DNA of 64,000 nt from an uncultured Acidobacteriaceae bacterium (lineage in GTDB: Bacteria > Acidobacteriota > Terriglobia > Terriglobales > Acidobacteriaceae). The stretch spans positions 45,894 to 109,893 of the forward strand of contig CAVYDK010000014.1 of assembly GCA_963767315.1 (NCBI GenBank), in the 5' to 3' direction. Shown one piece after another: positions 20,215 through 29,800 of this stretch. Numbering within the stretch: position 1 is the stretch's first letter; each line of letters begins with the position of its first letter. The notes beneath the pieces were generated by a model. The model worked only from the letters and a program-made list of their open reading frames with translations, searched no databases and was not told where the DNA came from. The position numbers and the translations under genes are program-made.

Positions 20215-21162
20215 ATGCTCACCTTCAATCGCAGGCAACTCCTCCGCGGGTTTGGCGCCGCCGGCATTGTGTCGGCTCTTGCACCGCAGCTGCTGGCGAA
20301 GGCAGAAACAGAAGATGCGTTTCAGTTTTTGTTTATCACCGACTGCCACATTCAGCCGGAACTGGATGCAGCCAGCGGGACGGACTCCGCGTTCAAAAAA
20401 GCTTGCGCGATGCAGGCCGATTTCACGATCCAGGGCGGAGACCATGTCTTCGATGCCTGCGCTGTCAGCAAGCAAAGGGCACTCTCTCTGTTCGACCTCT
20501 ACGCAAAGACCGAGCAGGACCTCGGCATGAAGGTGTATCACACCCTTGGCAATCACGATTGCCTCGGAATTGGAGGGACTGTTGTTTCGCCGCAAGATCC
20601 CCAATACGGCAAGCGGTTGTACGAAGAGCGCTTTGGCAAGACCTACTACTCGTTCGACCGCAGGCATTGTCACTTCGTGGTGCTGGACTCCATCCATCCG
20701 CTGCCTGGCCATACATTTGAGGGCCGGGTTGACGACGGCCAACTGGCCTGGCTCGCCACGGATCTTGCGGCGCTCGCGCCCGGCACGCCCGTCATCATCG
20801 TCACACACATCCCTCTGGTCACTGCAGTTGCCGCCTATATTCCAGCCGAATCGCCGATGCGCGAGTACATCCCTCTGCTCAGCGTCTCCAACTCCGCGCA
20901 GGTTCTCCAGACGCTTGCGGGCCACAATGTGATCGCCGTATTGCAGGGCCACACTCACATCAACGAGACCGTCATCTGGAAGGGCGTTCCATTCATCACA
21001 GGCGGCGCGGTCTGCGGCAACTGGTGGCATGGCAGCCATCTTGGCAACCCGGAGGGTTTCACCGTTGTCAAAGTTGCCGGCGCGAAGGTCACGACTCACT
21101 ATGAGACTTATGGCTTCAAGAGCGTGGATCCACAAAAGGACTTTGGCTATAAGGCATCTTAA
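20215..21162 (+). CDS. Tat-exported calcineurin-like metallophosphoesterase
   Basis: RRQLL twin-Arg signal; DxH, GD, GNHD, GHxH motifs. Confidence 0.88.
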   Translation: MLTFNRRQLLRGFGAAGIVSALAPQLLAKAETEDAFQFLFITDCHIQPELDAASGTDSAFKKACAMQADFTIQGGDHVFDACAVSKQRALSLFDLYAKTEQDLGMKVYHTLGNHDCLGIGGTVVSPQDPQYGKRLYEERFGKTYYSFDRRHCHFVVLDSIHPLPGHTFEGRVDDGQLAWLATDLAALAPGTPVIIVTHIPLVTAVAAYIPAESPMREYIPLLSVSNSAQVLQTLAGHNVIAVLQGHTHINETVIWKGVPFITGGAVCGNWWHGSHLGNPEGFTVVKVAGAKVTTHYETYGFKSVDPQKDFGYKAS

Positions 21163-21176
21163 AATGCACATCATCT

Positions 21177-21517
21177 TGTGGCTCGCCATAATTCCATCCG
21201 ACGCGAGGAGAACCCAGATTTTTGAGCTTGGAAGCGGTTTGGAAGGGATATTTAACTGTGAAGAGGGTTGCCGGTGACTACGGATATCCTCGAATACGGT
21301 GTCTACTCGGCGGCGAAAGGGAGGCAGGCATCTCCCACAGTTCGTCTTCAACTCTGATGTGATGTTCGCAGCAGTTCAGGCTGCGCGGTCGTAGCGATGA
21401 TGCAGGCCACCGAGTCTTGGCATGGAGATGACCATGCAACCTGCATCGTGATAGTTGTGCCTCGCCTTCTCGGCTAGCCGGAGTTCCCTTCTCCAACGCG
21501 AGATGAGTACAATCCAC
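21177..21517 (-). mobile_element. IS481-like right-end remnant with transposase 3' fragment
   Basis: TGTGGCTCGCCATAATTCCATCC end; fragments HLALEKGTPA and MPRLGGLHHRYDRAA. Confidence 0.8.
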
Positions 21518-21569
21518 CCGGTGTTTTCTCGATCTTCCACCTCGCAGGAAGACTCAGGACAATAAGCGC

Positions 21570-21854
21570 TGTAGTCGATTTTGTAGCTGACAAAGCACCC
21601 AAAAGCCACAAAGATCAACAGGGTTCAGCTCATTTGCGGTAAACAATGCAATCGAAAACACTTATTTTCACTCGATTTCAACAGGATTCAATAAACGGTC
21701 TGATCTGCTTTGGGAGCAGAGGGTCGTCAGTTCGAATCTGACCGCCCCGACCAGCACAATCCTTTATTTTCTATGCCTTCTCTTTGGGGAAGAAAGGCCT
21801 GCTTGTTGAATCTTGTGGTTCACTGGGGATTCTACAGCTACAGAATCGACTACA
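21570..21854 (+). repeat. attP-like junction: arm copy 4 + tRNA-Pro 3' half + inverted arm
   Basis: Left TGTAGTCGATTTTGTAGCTG versus reverse complement of right TGTAGTCGATTCTGTAGCTG (19/20); CCACAA..TCAACA at the same offset in both arms. Confidence 0.85.
21704..21753 (+). pseudogene. 3' half of tRNA-Pro(TGG) (att core)
   Basis: TCTGC-TTTGGGA-GCAGA anticodon arm, GTTCGAATC T-arm, CCA end; no D-arm or 5' acceptor strand upstream. Confidence 0.9.
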
Positions 21855-22047
21855 GATGAAGATTCCTAAGATCGTTGTGAACCACGATGCTCTTGATTTC
21901 TCGACTGTTCTGGTACAGCGTTCCAGGGGGGAACCATCTGTTTCCAAGGCAGATGCTCTCCCGTCATGCTGAAGCTGTCTTAACCCAATACAGAACAATC
22001 AGTCAGAATCAGCAAATCACAATCAGGGCGAGCCACTGCGGCGCATC

Positions 22048-22854
22048 CTAGCTTTGATGAAATGGTCGAGACTGGCTAACTGTCAGCTTATATGGGGTTG
22101 CCCATGTCTTATAGCTGCTGAAGAGGAGCTGAACGCCAAGGACGAGCAGCCAGACCCAGAGGACAAAACGCAACTGACGGCGCGGAACGCGTGTGCTGAA
22201 GATGGTTCCGGCGATGGCCCCGGCGGCGCCGCCAACAATCAGGTGCGTCAGCAACTCCGGGTTGGAGGCGTGCGAGAACCAATGTGCGCCGCTGCCAATG
22301 AGCGAGACGATAAAGCCAAAGGCAATATCTGTACCGACTACTTGCGCGGGTTCCAAAGCAGTGAGGCTGAGCAGCGCCGCCGAGCCCAGAGCGCCGGCCC
22401 CTGCGGAGGAAAAGCCGACCTCGGCTCCTACCGGAAACATCAGCCACGCCAACCAGGGACTGCGGTCCCGCGGATTCGCGTTCTGCTTCAGCGGACGAAA
22501 CGTAACAAAAATCTGCCAACTTGCCGTCGTCACCAGAATCGTACCCAGAATTGCATTCGTCAGGTTCTGCGAACCGGCGTTCACCAGATGCTTCAGGAAG
22601 AGCGACCCAACAATCACGCCGGGCACACCACCCAGAAGCATGAACCCAAGCGTCCGCCAAGCCACGTTGCGGCGAAGGATTTGCGCCGGCACCAGAATCA
22701 GTTTGACCGCTGTGGCGAACATCAAGCCGATGCCGACGGCAACCGGCGCCGGCACTCCGAGAAACAAAACCAGCACCGGCACGGTGACGGTTCCAGCGCC
22801 AACGCCGGTGAACGCAATAAACAGAGCGATGATGAATCCAATAAGATATTGCAT
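22048..22854 (-). CDS. sulfite exporter TauE/SafE family
   Basis: Multi-TM; GVGAG, GFSSAGAGALG, VVGTDIAF. Confidence 0.88.
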   Translation of the reverse strand: MQYLIGFIIALFIAFTGVGAGTVTVPVLVLFLGVPAPVAVGIGLMFATAVKLILVPAQILRRNVAWRTLGFMLLGGVPGVIVGSLFLKHLVNAGSQNLTNAILGTILVTTASWQIFVTFRPLKQNANPRDRSPWLAWLMFPVGAEVGFSSAGAGALGSAALLSLTALEPAQVVGTDIAFGFIVSLIGSGAHWFSHASNPELLTHLIVGGAAGAIAGTIFSTRVPRRQLRFVLWVWLLVLGVQLLFSSYKTWATPYKLTVSQSRPFHQS

Positions 22855-22884
22855 TGTCGATTCCTCAATTCCGTCGCGCCCGTA

Positions 22885-23583
22885 TTATTTCGGCGGCGCT
22901 GCTTCGATGTGAATGCCGCATTCAACCTTGCGGCCGGCCCAACGGCCGGAGCGCGGATCGTTCGGGTCCAGTGGAAGCGTCGTACAAGGCTCGCATCCGA
23001 TGGAGGAGTAGCCGCGTTCATAGAGCGGCAGCAGTGGGATCGACAGTTCTTCGCAGGCGGACCAAACATCGCGCGTCGTCCACGCCGCCAGAGGCGCGAG
23101 CTTAAGCACCTGCCTGCCGCCGGGAAGCGTGAACAGCGCCGACTCTTCGAGGGCCGCCCGGCTCTTTGCCTGCTCACGGCGCAAGCCGGTAATCCACACG
23201 CGATAGCCGGCAACGGCTTTGAAGAGCGGTTCAACCTTGCGCAGCCTGCAGCACTGGTCCGGTGCGGATCGATACAGCAGGCCGTGCTCGGCCTCCTGCT
23301 CGGCGACCGTCTTTTCGGGTAGAAGGTTGATCAAATTGAGTCGCCATTCGCCGGCAATGCGGTCCCGATAGGCATAGGTTTCGGGAAAGTGATAGCCGGT
23401 GTCGAGAAAGAGGATGGGTATCTTTGCATCCAACTCGATCGCCAGCTTCGCAAGCAGTACATCTTCGGCCTGAAAGCTGCATGTGAGGCATACATCCTGA
23501 TTGCCGGTGATTTCGCGCGCCAGCGCGGCGCGCAGCTTGCCCAGTCCGGTCTCCATCCGCCCATGGACTCCCACTGTGCTCAT
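22885..23583 (-). CDS. cysH: APS reductase (CysH, Fe-S type)
   Basis: FLDTGYHFPET, CCRLRKVEPL, SIGCEPCT, ECGIH; start overlaps the upstream stop (TGATG). Confidence 0.92.
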   Translation of the reverse strand: MSTVGVHGRMETGLGKLRAALAREITGNQDVCLTCSFQAEDVLLAKLAIELDAKIPILFLDTGYHFPETYAYRDRIAGEWRLNLINLLPEKTVAEQEAEHGLLYRSAPDQCCRLRKVEPLFKAVAGYRVWITGLRREQAKSRAALEESALFTLPGGRQVLKLAPLAAWTTRDVWSACEELSIPLLPLYERGYSSIGCEPCTTLPLDPNDPRSGRWAGRKVECGIHIEAAPPK

Positions 23584-23910
23584 CACAAACCTGCCTTTTC
23601 CCATGGAATGAAGAACCCTGCGCCGTGCAACAGTTGATGGACGGCAGAGACCGCATGGTTTGGATCGTTCGCGTCGAGAGTAAGCTGCCGGTCTTCTGCG
23701 CGCACCAGGAGCGTTCCGCCTTCGTTCGCGTTCACGACCAGCGCAAGCAGTCCGGATTGGACCTGCAGCCGGATGACGATCTCCAGCAGGCTCGGATGAA
23801 ATAGGAAGGCTTCATCGTCCGCTTCGATGCGGCTGGAAACGACTCCCACGGAAAAGAGCGAACGCTCGATGGAATCGATCAGTTCGACAGGGCCGCTCAG
23901 TTCGAGGACC
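23583..23910 (-). pseudogene. out-of-frame C-terminal (vestigial APS-kinase-like) domain of CysN
   Basis: After GEREARWGHRGA a one-base shift gives VLELSGPVELIDSIERSLFSVGVVSSR...WEKAGL*, ending exactly at the cysH start. Confidence 0.65.
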
Positions 23911-25305
23911 CGCGCCGCGATGGCCCCAGCGCGCTTCCCGTTCGCCGATGGTCACAGGGCCCCACGCGTCCGCGTGGAGACTGCCGGCCGTCGCGCCTCC
24001 GGACGCCGCCGTAATCATGCCCGCTGCAACGGTGCCGTTGGTTTCGGCGTCGACCAGGATGAATGCGCCAGTGCAGCGATTCACGCCGTAGAGGTCCACT
24101 GCGATGGGACGCAGCAGATGCAGCGTGACCACGCCAATGCCGTTCATCTCCAGCGTGTCGGCGGGTTCATGCGTCAGGCTGGCGATATTGGTGCGATGTT
24201 CGATTGCGGAGACGAATGCGGGCACGGTCTGGCTGGTGTGCTTCAGCAGATAGCGGCGATCGCGCTGCAGCGGACGCGCATCCATCCAGACGAGCGCGGC
24301 CTGAAGGCGCTTGGCGACGGTTGCCTGCGTGTGCGTGGAGACGATCAGATCGCCGCGGCCGATGTCGAGCTCGCGATCCAATACCAGCGTGACCGATTGC
24401 GGCGCAACCGCCTCGGCAAGCTCACCATCGAAGGTGACGATGCGCGCAACCTCTGCGTTTTTGCCGGAGGGAAGCACGGTGATCCGATCGCCGGGGCGAA
24501 CCATTCCCGATGCAACCTGACCGGCAAATCCGCGAAAGGCGTGATTGGGACGAAGGACCCGCTGCACGGGAAAGCGGAAAGGCGCAGTGCGCGTATCAAG
24601 CGACGATGGCAGCGACTCAAGAAGCTCAAGCAGTGTTGGACCGTTGTACCATTTCATCGCTTTCGAGCTGTGAACGATGTTGTCGCCGGCGAGAGCGCTG
24701 ACCGGAACGAAACTGACATCGACCGGGTTGCCCGTATCGGCTGCGATGCGATCGAGGACGGAAGTGAAATCCAGTTCGATGGCGCGGAAGGCCGCCTCGT
24801 CGTAGCCAATCAAATCCATCTTGTTGACCGCGACAATCACGTGGCGCACGCGCAGCAACGATGCAATGTAAGCGTGACGGCGCGATTGAATCAGAACGCC
24901 CTTACCGGCGTCGATCAGCACCACCGCCGCATCGGCCGTTGACGCGCCAGTCGCCATGTTGCGCGTGTACTGCTCATGGCCGGGCGTGTCGGCGATGATG
25001 AACTTGCGGCGTGGCGTGGAGAAGTAGCGATAGGCGACATCGATGGTGATGCCCTGCTCGCGCTCCGCGCGCAGCCCGTCGGTGAGCAATGCGAAATCAA
25101 TCTGCCCCGGGGCCGTCGTTCCCTTGCCTTCGATGGAGCGTACCTGATCGTCGTAGACCGACTGCGTGTCGTAGAGCAGTCGGCCGATGAGTGTGGACTT
25201 GCCGTCGTCCACGCTTCCCGCCGTCGAAAAGCGCAGCAAATCCTTTTCGCGCTCCTCGGCAAGATAATCTGCGATCGAGAATGGGAGTGCCGCGAGTGTG
25301 GCCAT
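23812..25305 (-). CDS. cysN: sulfate adenylyltransferase subunit 1 (GTPase)
   Basis: GSVDDGKST, EREQGITIDVAY, DTPGHEQYTRNM, VNKMD. Confidence 0.95.
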   Translation of the reverse strand: MATLAALPFSIADYLAEEREKDLLRFSTAGSVDDGKSTLIGRLLYDTQSVYDDQVRSIEGKGTTAPGQIDFALLTDGLRAEREQGITIDVAYRYFSTPRRKFIIADTPGHEQYTRNMATGASTADAAVVLIDAGKGVLIQSRRHAYIASLLRVRHVIVAVNKMDLIGYDEAAFRAIELDFTSVLDRIAADTGNPVDVSFVPVSALAGDNIVHSSKAMKWYNGPTLLELLESLPSSLDTRTAPFRFPVQRVLRPNHAFRGFAGQVASGMVRPGDRITVLPSGKNAEVARIVTFDGELAEAVAPQSVTLVLDRELDIGRGDLIVSTHTQATVAKRLQAALVWMDARPLQRDRRYLLKHTSQTVPAFVSAIEHRTNIASLTHEPADTLEMNGIGVVTLHLLRPIAVDLYGVNRCTGAFILVDAETNGTVAAGMITAASGGATAGSLHADAWGPVTIGEREARWGHRGAGPRTERPCRTDRFHRAFALFRGSRFQPHRSGR

Positions 25306-26262
25306 TTAGAAGTAGCCCTCCCGCTTCTTGATCTCCATCGAACCTTCCTGGTCGTGATCGATGACACGGTTGGCGCGCTCTGACGAGCGGAAGGAGAGCA
25401 GCTCCGCAATGATGGCGGGAATCGTATCCGCGTCAGACCGAATCGCTCCGGTGCACGGACTGCAACCGAGCGAACGCAGCCGAGACTTGACCATTTGCGG
25501 CTGTTCGCCGGGTAGCGCGACAAAACTCTGCTCCATGGGAAGCAGCGCATCGCCGCGCACATACATGGGGCGCTCCCTGGCAAAGTAGAGATCGACGACC
25601 GGAATCTTTTCCTCATGGATGTATTGCCAGACATCCATCTCCGTCCAGTTGGAGAGCGGAAAGACGCGAATGCTTTCGCCGGGATGGACGCGCGCGTTGT
25701 ACAGGTTCCACAGCTCGGGGCGCTGGTTCTTCGGGTCCCATTGCCCGGCGCTGTCGCGGAAGGAGTAGATGCGTTCCTTGGCGCGGGATTTTTCTTCATC
25801 GCGCCGCGCGCCGCCGAAGGCCGCATCGAAGTTGTAGTGACGCAGGGCGTCGAGCAGGGCCTGCGTCTTCAGCAGTCCGCAGCAGCGCTTGGTGTCCAGC
25901 GCGATGGGATTCGTGCCCGCGGCGATGGCGGCCTCATTGCGCCAGACCAGCAGCTCGACGCCCGCGGAGCGGGCGGTTTCATCGCGGAAGGCGAGCATCT
26001 CGGCGAATTTGAAGCCGGTGTCGACGTGGAGCAAGGGAAAGGGAATCGGCGCGGGGTAGAAGGCCTTCTGCGCCAGCCGCAACATCACGGAGGAATCCTT
26101 GCCGATGGAGTAGAGCATGACGGGACGCTCAAACTCCGAGGCCACTTCGCGCAGGATGTAAATGCTCTCCGCTTCCAGCAGGCGCAGATGGCCCAACCGC
26201 CGCGCAGCGGATGCGCCGGCTGGCAGCGATGCGATCGATGAATCGCTTACGGAGATTGCCAT
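25306..26262 (-). CDS. cysD: sulfate adenylyltransferase subunit 2
   Basis: [43 protein letters not shown]. Confidence 0.96.
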   Translation of the reverse strand: MAISVSDSSIASLPAGASAARRLGHLRLLEAESIYILREVASEFERPVMLYSIGKDSSVMLRLAQKAFYPAPIPFPLLHVDTGFKFAEMLAFRDETARSAGVELLVWRNEAAIAAGTNPIALDTKRCCGLLKTQALLDALRHYNFDAAFGGARRDEEKSRAKERIYSFRDSAGQWDPKNQRPELWNLYNARVHPGESIRVFPLSNWTEMDVWQYIHEEKIPVVDLYFARERPMYVRGDALLPMEQSFVALPGEQPQMVKSRLRSLGCSPCTGAIRSDADTIPAIIAELLSFRSSERANRVIDHDQEGSMEIKKREGYF

Positions 26263-26306
26263 GCACGACCTCGTTCAGTGTGGGGATTCCGCTGAAGGCC
26301 AGTGCA
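26262..26306 (-). promoter_or_regulatory. hairpin sequestering the cysD SD and start
   Basis: Minus strand TGCACTGGCCTTCAG-loop-CTGAACGAGGTCGTGCA(TG): ~13-14 bp with bulges, covering GAGG; paired by eye. Confidence 0.6.
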
Positions 26307-26374
26307 ATGGATTCGCACCCGGTCGATCAGCGAGGGGTGCGTCTTCTGATGAATCGCGATTGGGGAATCAGAGA

Positions 26375-26443
26375 CTACTTCATACACCCGTCGAAGATGT
26401 TCGACAGGCGACAACAAGAGCGGCGTTGGGACGCGCGAACCAT
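26375..26443 (-). CDS. Cys-rich leader peptide upstream of cysD (MVRASQRRSCCRLSNIFDGCMK)
   Basis: 22 codons, 3 Cys all TGT, AGGA 8 nt before ATG, ends 112 nt before cysD. Confidence 0.7.
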   Translation of the reverse strand: MVRASQRRSCCRLSNIFDGCMK

Positions 26444-26502
26444 GGGTACGTTCCTGGTGGCATTTCGCCGGGACAATCGGAGCTGGAAGTTCTTATCCAG
26501 AA

Positions 26503-26516
26503 TTGATGCGCATCAA
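26503..26516. promoter_or_regulatory. perfect 14-bp palindrome, candidate operator
   Basis: TTGATGCGCATCAA between tRNA-Cys and the cysD leader. Confidence 0.45.
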
Positions 26517-26538
26517 GCCGGGACCGATTCAATAAAGT

Positions 26539-26614
26539 TGGAGCGCCGGGCGGGAATTGAACCCGCGAATACAGGTTTTGCAGACCTGCGCGTTAGCCGC
26601 TTCGCCACCGGCGC
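26539..26614 (-). tRNA. tRNA-Cys(GCA)
   Basis: GCGCCGG acceptor, CAGGT-CTGCAAA-ACCTG anticodon arm, GTTCAAT T-loop, U73-CCA. Confidence 0.96.
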
Positions 26615-26736
26615 AATTGGAAACTTTTGGTGGATGCCCAAGTCGCATCGCTGGGTCCTGGGGTTGTTTTGCAATCTGCCTCCGGGATTATGGAAGGACG
26701 TAGCGGAGGTCGGCGTAGCCGGCGAAGTCGTGCGCT

Positions 26737-26829
26737 GTCCTCACGGCTCAGCAGCAGATACGGCAGCACAAACGACCACTCCTCGTGCGACACATCGCTC
26801 GGATAGCGAACCCGTCCCTCGTTTCCCAT
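26737..26829 (-). pseudogene. IS5-family transposase N-terminal remnant
   Basis: RYPSDVSHEEWSFVLPYLLLSRED. Confidence 0.7.
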
Positions 26830-26897
26830 CCTTCCATGCTGCGCAGAATACAAGCTCACGCAAAGATTCTACCCAGGTACAGACTTCATAACAGGCT

Positions 26898-29800
26898 CTA
26901 GAAGAGAAGTTTGAGGCCGAGCTGGATCTGGCGTGTGGTGGCGGCGGAGGTGATGACTCCGGCGGTGGGGCTGAGGGCAACGGCGCTGGTCTGGTTGGCG
27001 GCGGTGCCCTGGGTGGGCCCGGCGGAGAAGACTGTCTCGGCCGGAGTGAGCAGGTTGGTGTGGTTGAGGACGTTGAAGAACTCGGCGCGGAACTGCGCGC
27101 GGACTCGCTCGGTGAGCTGCGTGGTCTTGGCCAGCGACAGGTCGAGGTCGTTGTAGCCGGGGCCGGTGAGCGTGTCGCGGCGGAGGTTGCCAACCGTACC
27201 GTAGGCGGGCGCGGAGAAGGCGGCGGGATTGAAGTACTGGGCTACTTTTTGTGCGGTAGTACCCTGGGTGTAGAGCGATCCGGTGAATGCGGGGTTGACG
27301 TTGGGGCGGACGGGGTTTCGCGAGTCGCCGGAGCCGGTGGGGTTATAGCCAAGCTGCGGGCTGAAGGGGAAGCCCGACTCGAGGGTTGCGATGGCGGAGA
27401 GCGTCCAGCCGGAGACGGCGGCGTTGGCGAAAGGCCTGGCGTTGGCCAGCAAGAGATGGTTCTTGCCGAAGGGCAGGTCGTAGCTGGCGTTGATGGAGGC
27501 AAGGTTGCGGATGTCTGTGGCGGCAGGACCCCAGTCGAGCGCGGGATTGTTGGGGTAGGAGACGAAGGCTGGCGTGTTGGCGGAGACGCTGGTGTTCCAT
27601 GCGGAGCCGTCGTCGAGATTACGCGCGTAGGTGTAGTTGGCGCGGAAGGTGAGACCATTGGCCAGCGAGCGGTGGAGATCGACTTCGAGTGCATTGTAGG
27701 AACTCGACCCCTGCGAGACCCAACTTGTGGTGTTGGCGAGCGCGGGGTTGGGCTTGGTGGTCGTCGGGTAGTAGATGATGCCGCCGGGCTGGACGACACT
27801 GGCGGGCTCGTTGAGATCCTCGGAGAGGATATGGTGGGTGCCGTGCGAGCCGACGTAGCCGATGGTGAGCGAAGTCTTCGGTGCGATCTGCTGCTCGACG
27901 CGCAAGGTCCACGCGAAGACAGATGGCGTTGCGATGTCGGGCTGCACTGTGGAGGGTGAGACAGAGGAAGCGCCAGAGGTCGGATTTGCAACACTGCCTG
28001 AAGTCGAGTAGATGGTGTTGAAGGGGGCCGACTGGTCGAGGCGGTAGTCGAGCGTGTCGAGCAGAGCGTGGTGCAGGCCGAAGCTGGCGCGCAGGACTGT
28101 TTTGCCGGTGCTGAACGGATCGTAGGAGAGGCCGAGGCGCGGCTCGGGGAGGAACTTGGCTCGGTTGGTGGTGAGGGAGGAGGAACCGGTGGTGGGGGTT
28201 GAGTTGATGATGCCGCTAGTGAATCCGTAGACCGGCGCGCGACCGTGCGAAGCGTTCCATCCGTCGGTGGATTCTGTGCGCAGGCCGGCGCGGAGTTCGA
28301 GGTTGGGGAAAGTTTTGATGGTGTCTTCAACGTAACCATCGACGAAGGTGCTGCGCCAGCCCAGTTCGGTGGTGGAGGGGACGTAGGTGAAGGTCTTGAT
28401 GGTTCCCTGCAGGAAGGTGGTGAGCGAGGCGAAGCTGGCCTGGCCGTCCTGGTCCTGCGCCAGGTTGTCGTTGGACTCGAGCAGTTGCAGCCAGCCACCG
28501 GCCTCGATCTGCTGGCGTCCGCGCGAGTAGTAGATGTGATCATCAAAAGTAAATAGGTTGCGCGTGGTGCTGTTGTTGGAGCCAACGTTGACGCCCGCCG
28601 TAGTGATGGTGGACGCGCCGTTGGAGGCCGTCGAGCCGGCGATGACGACCGCGCCGGTGGGCTTGCCAACGAGAAAGGTCGGGGTTACGGCTTGAATGTT
28701 GGCGGGAACCGAGCCGAGGAAGAAGAAGCTGGCGCGAGAGAAGCCTGCGCGGGCGGTGTTGAGCAGGCGCGGCGAGAAGACGTGCTGCTCCTGCACGCTC
28801 GCCACCTGCTCGCGCAGATTCTCCTCAACGAGTGAGTAGGGGTCTTGCGTGGGTGTGTGGGCGATGGAGTCGTCGATGGTGTAGACGGCGAAGAGCAGAT
28901 CGTTCGGCGTGAGGTTGGCGTCGAAGCGCGTGGTGCCGAAGTCCTCGCGGATGTGCTGAGTGGGCGAGGAGAATGCCTCGGCGATGCCGGTGGGAAGGCC
29001 GGTGGGAGAGAGGAGTTCAGGGCCGTTCTGCGTTGGCCACAGGTTCAGCAGGCCAGCGACTCCGGCGCCGAGCGTGACGGGTGAGAGTGCGCCGGTGGTC
29101 GCGTTGGGCACCAGGCCGTTGCGTGCGTTCGAGTCGGGCACGAAGGTGACGTTGGAGATGCCGAGGTTCTGGCGATAGCCCTCGTAATTCGCGAAGAGGA
29201 ATAGCTTGTCTGTCTTGATCGGGCCGCCCAGCGATGCTCCGAAGTTGTTGCGCTGGAACTCCGGGATGCGTGCGGGGTCAAAATAATTGCGCGCGTCGAA
29301 AAAGGAGTTGCGCAGGAACTCGTAGATCGATCCATGAACGCTGTTGGTTCCGGAGGCGGTGATGATGGAGACCTGCGCGCCCTGCCGCTTGCCGTAGGCG
29401 GCGGAGTACGTGTCTGTGATGACGTTGAACTCGCGCACGGCCTCGACGCCGAGGAGTTGGCCGCTGGTGCCGCCGGGGGTGACGTTGATGAGCGATGCTC
29501 CGGTGTACTCGACGCCGTTGAGCAGGTAGAGATTGTCCTGCGGGCGGCGGCCACTGACGGCGAACATATTTCCCACCGATGAGTTCGACGTGCCGATGGA
29601 GCCCGAGCGCTGGGCGGTGTAGTTGACGGTGGCGGGGTTCAGGGTGATGAGCTGGTCGTAGCTGCGTCCGTTGAGGGGGAGTTCCTTGATCTGGTGCGCG
29701 TCGATCAGGCCGGCAGTCTGCTGCGTGGAGAGGTTGACGACAGGGGACTCGTCGTTGACAGTGACGGTCTGCACGACTCCGGTGAGCGGGAGCGTGAGGT

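Noticed and set aside
115-21753. Arm repeats as a CRISPR array or REP family
   Set aside because: Copies are >100 bp, kilobases apart and end in a tRNA core; there are no regular spacers or cas genes.
21856-21972. Short ORF MKIPKIVV... after the right arm as an integrase start
   Set aside because: 38 codons with no recognisable integrase motif.
22054-23322. 422-aa plus-strand ORF, and similar long ORFs at 23827-24942, 53971-55692 and 58741-60057
   Set aside because: Antisense shadows of well-supported genes in GC-rich DNA; no motifs.
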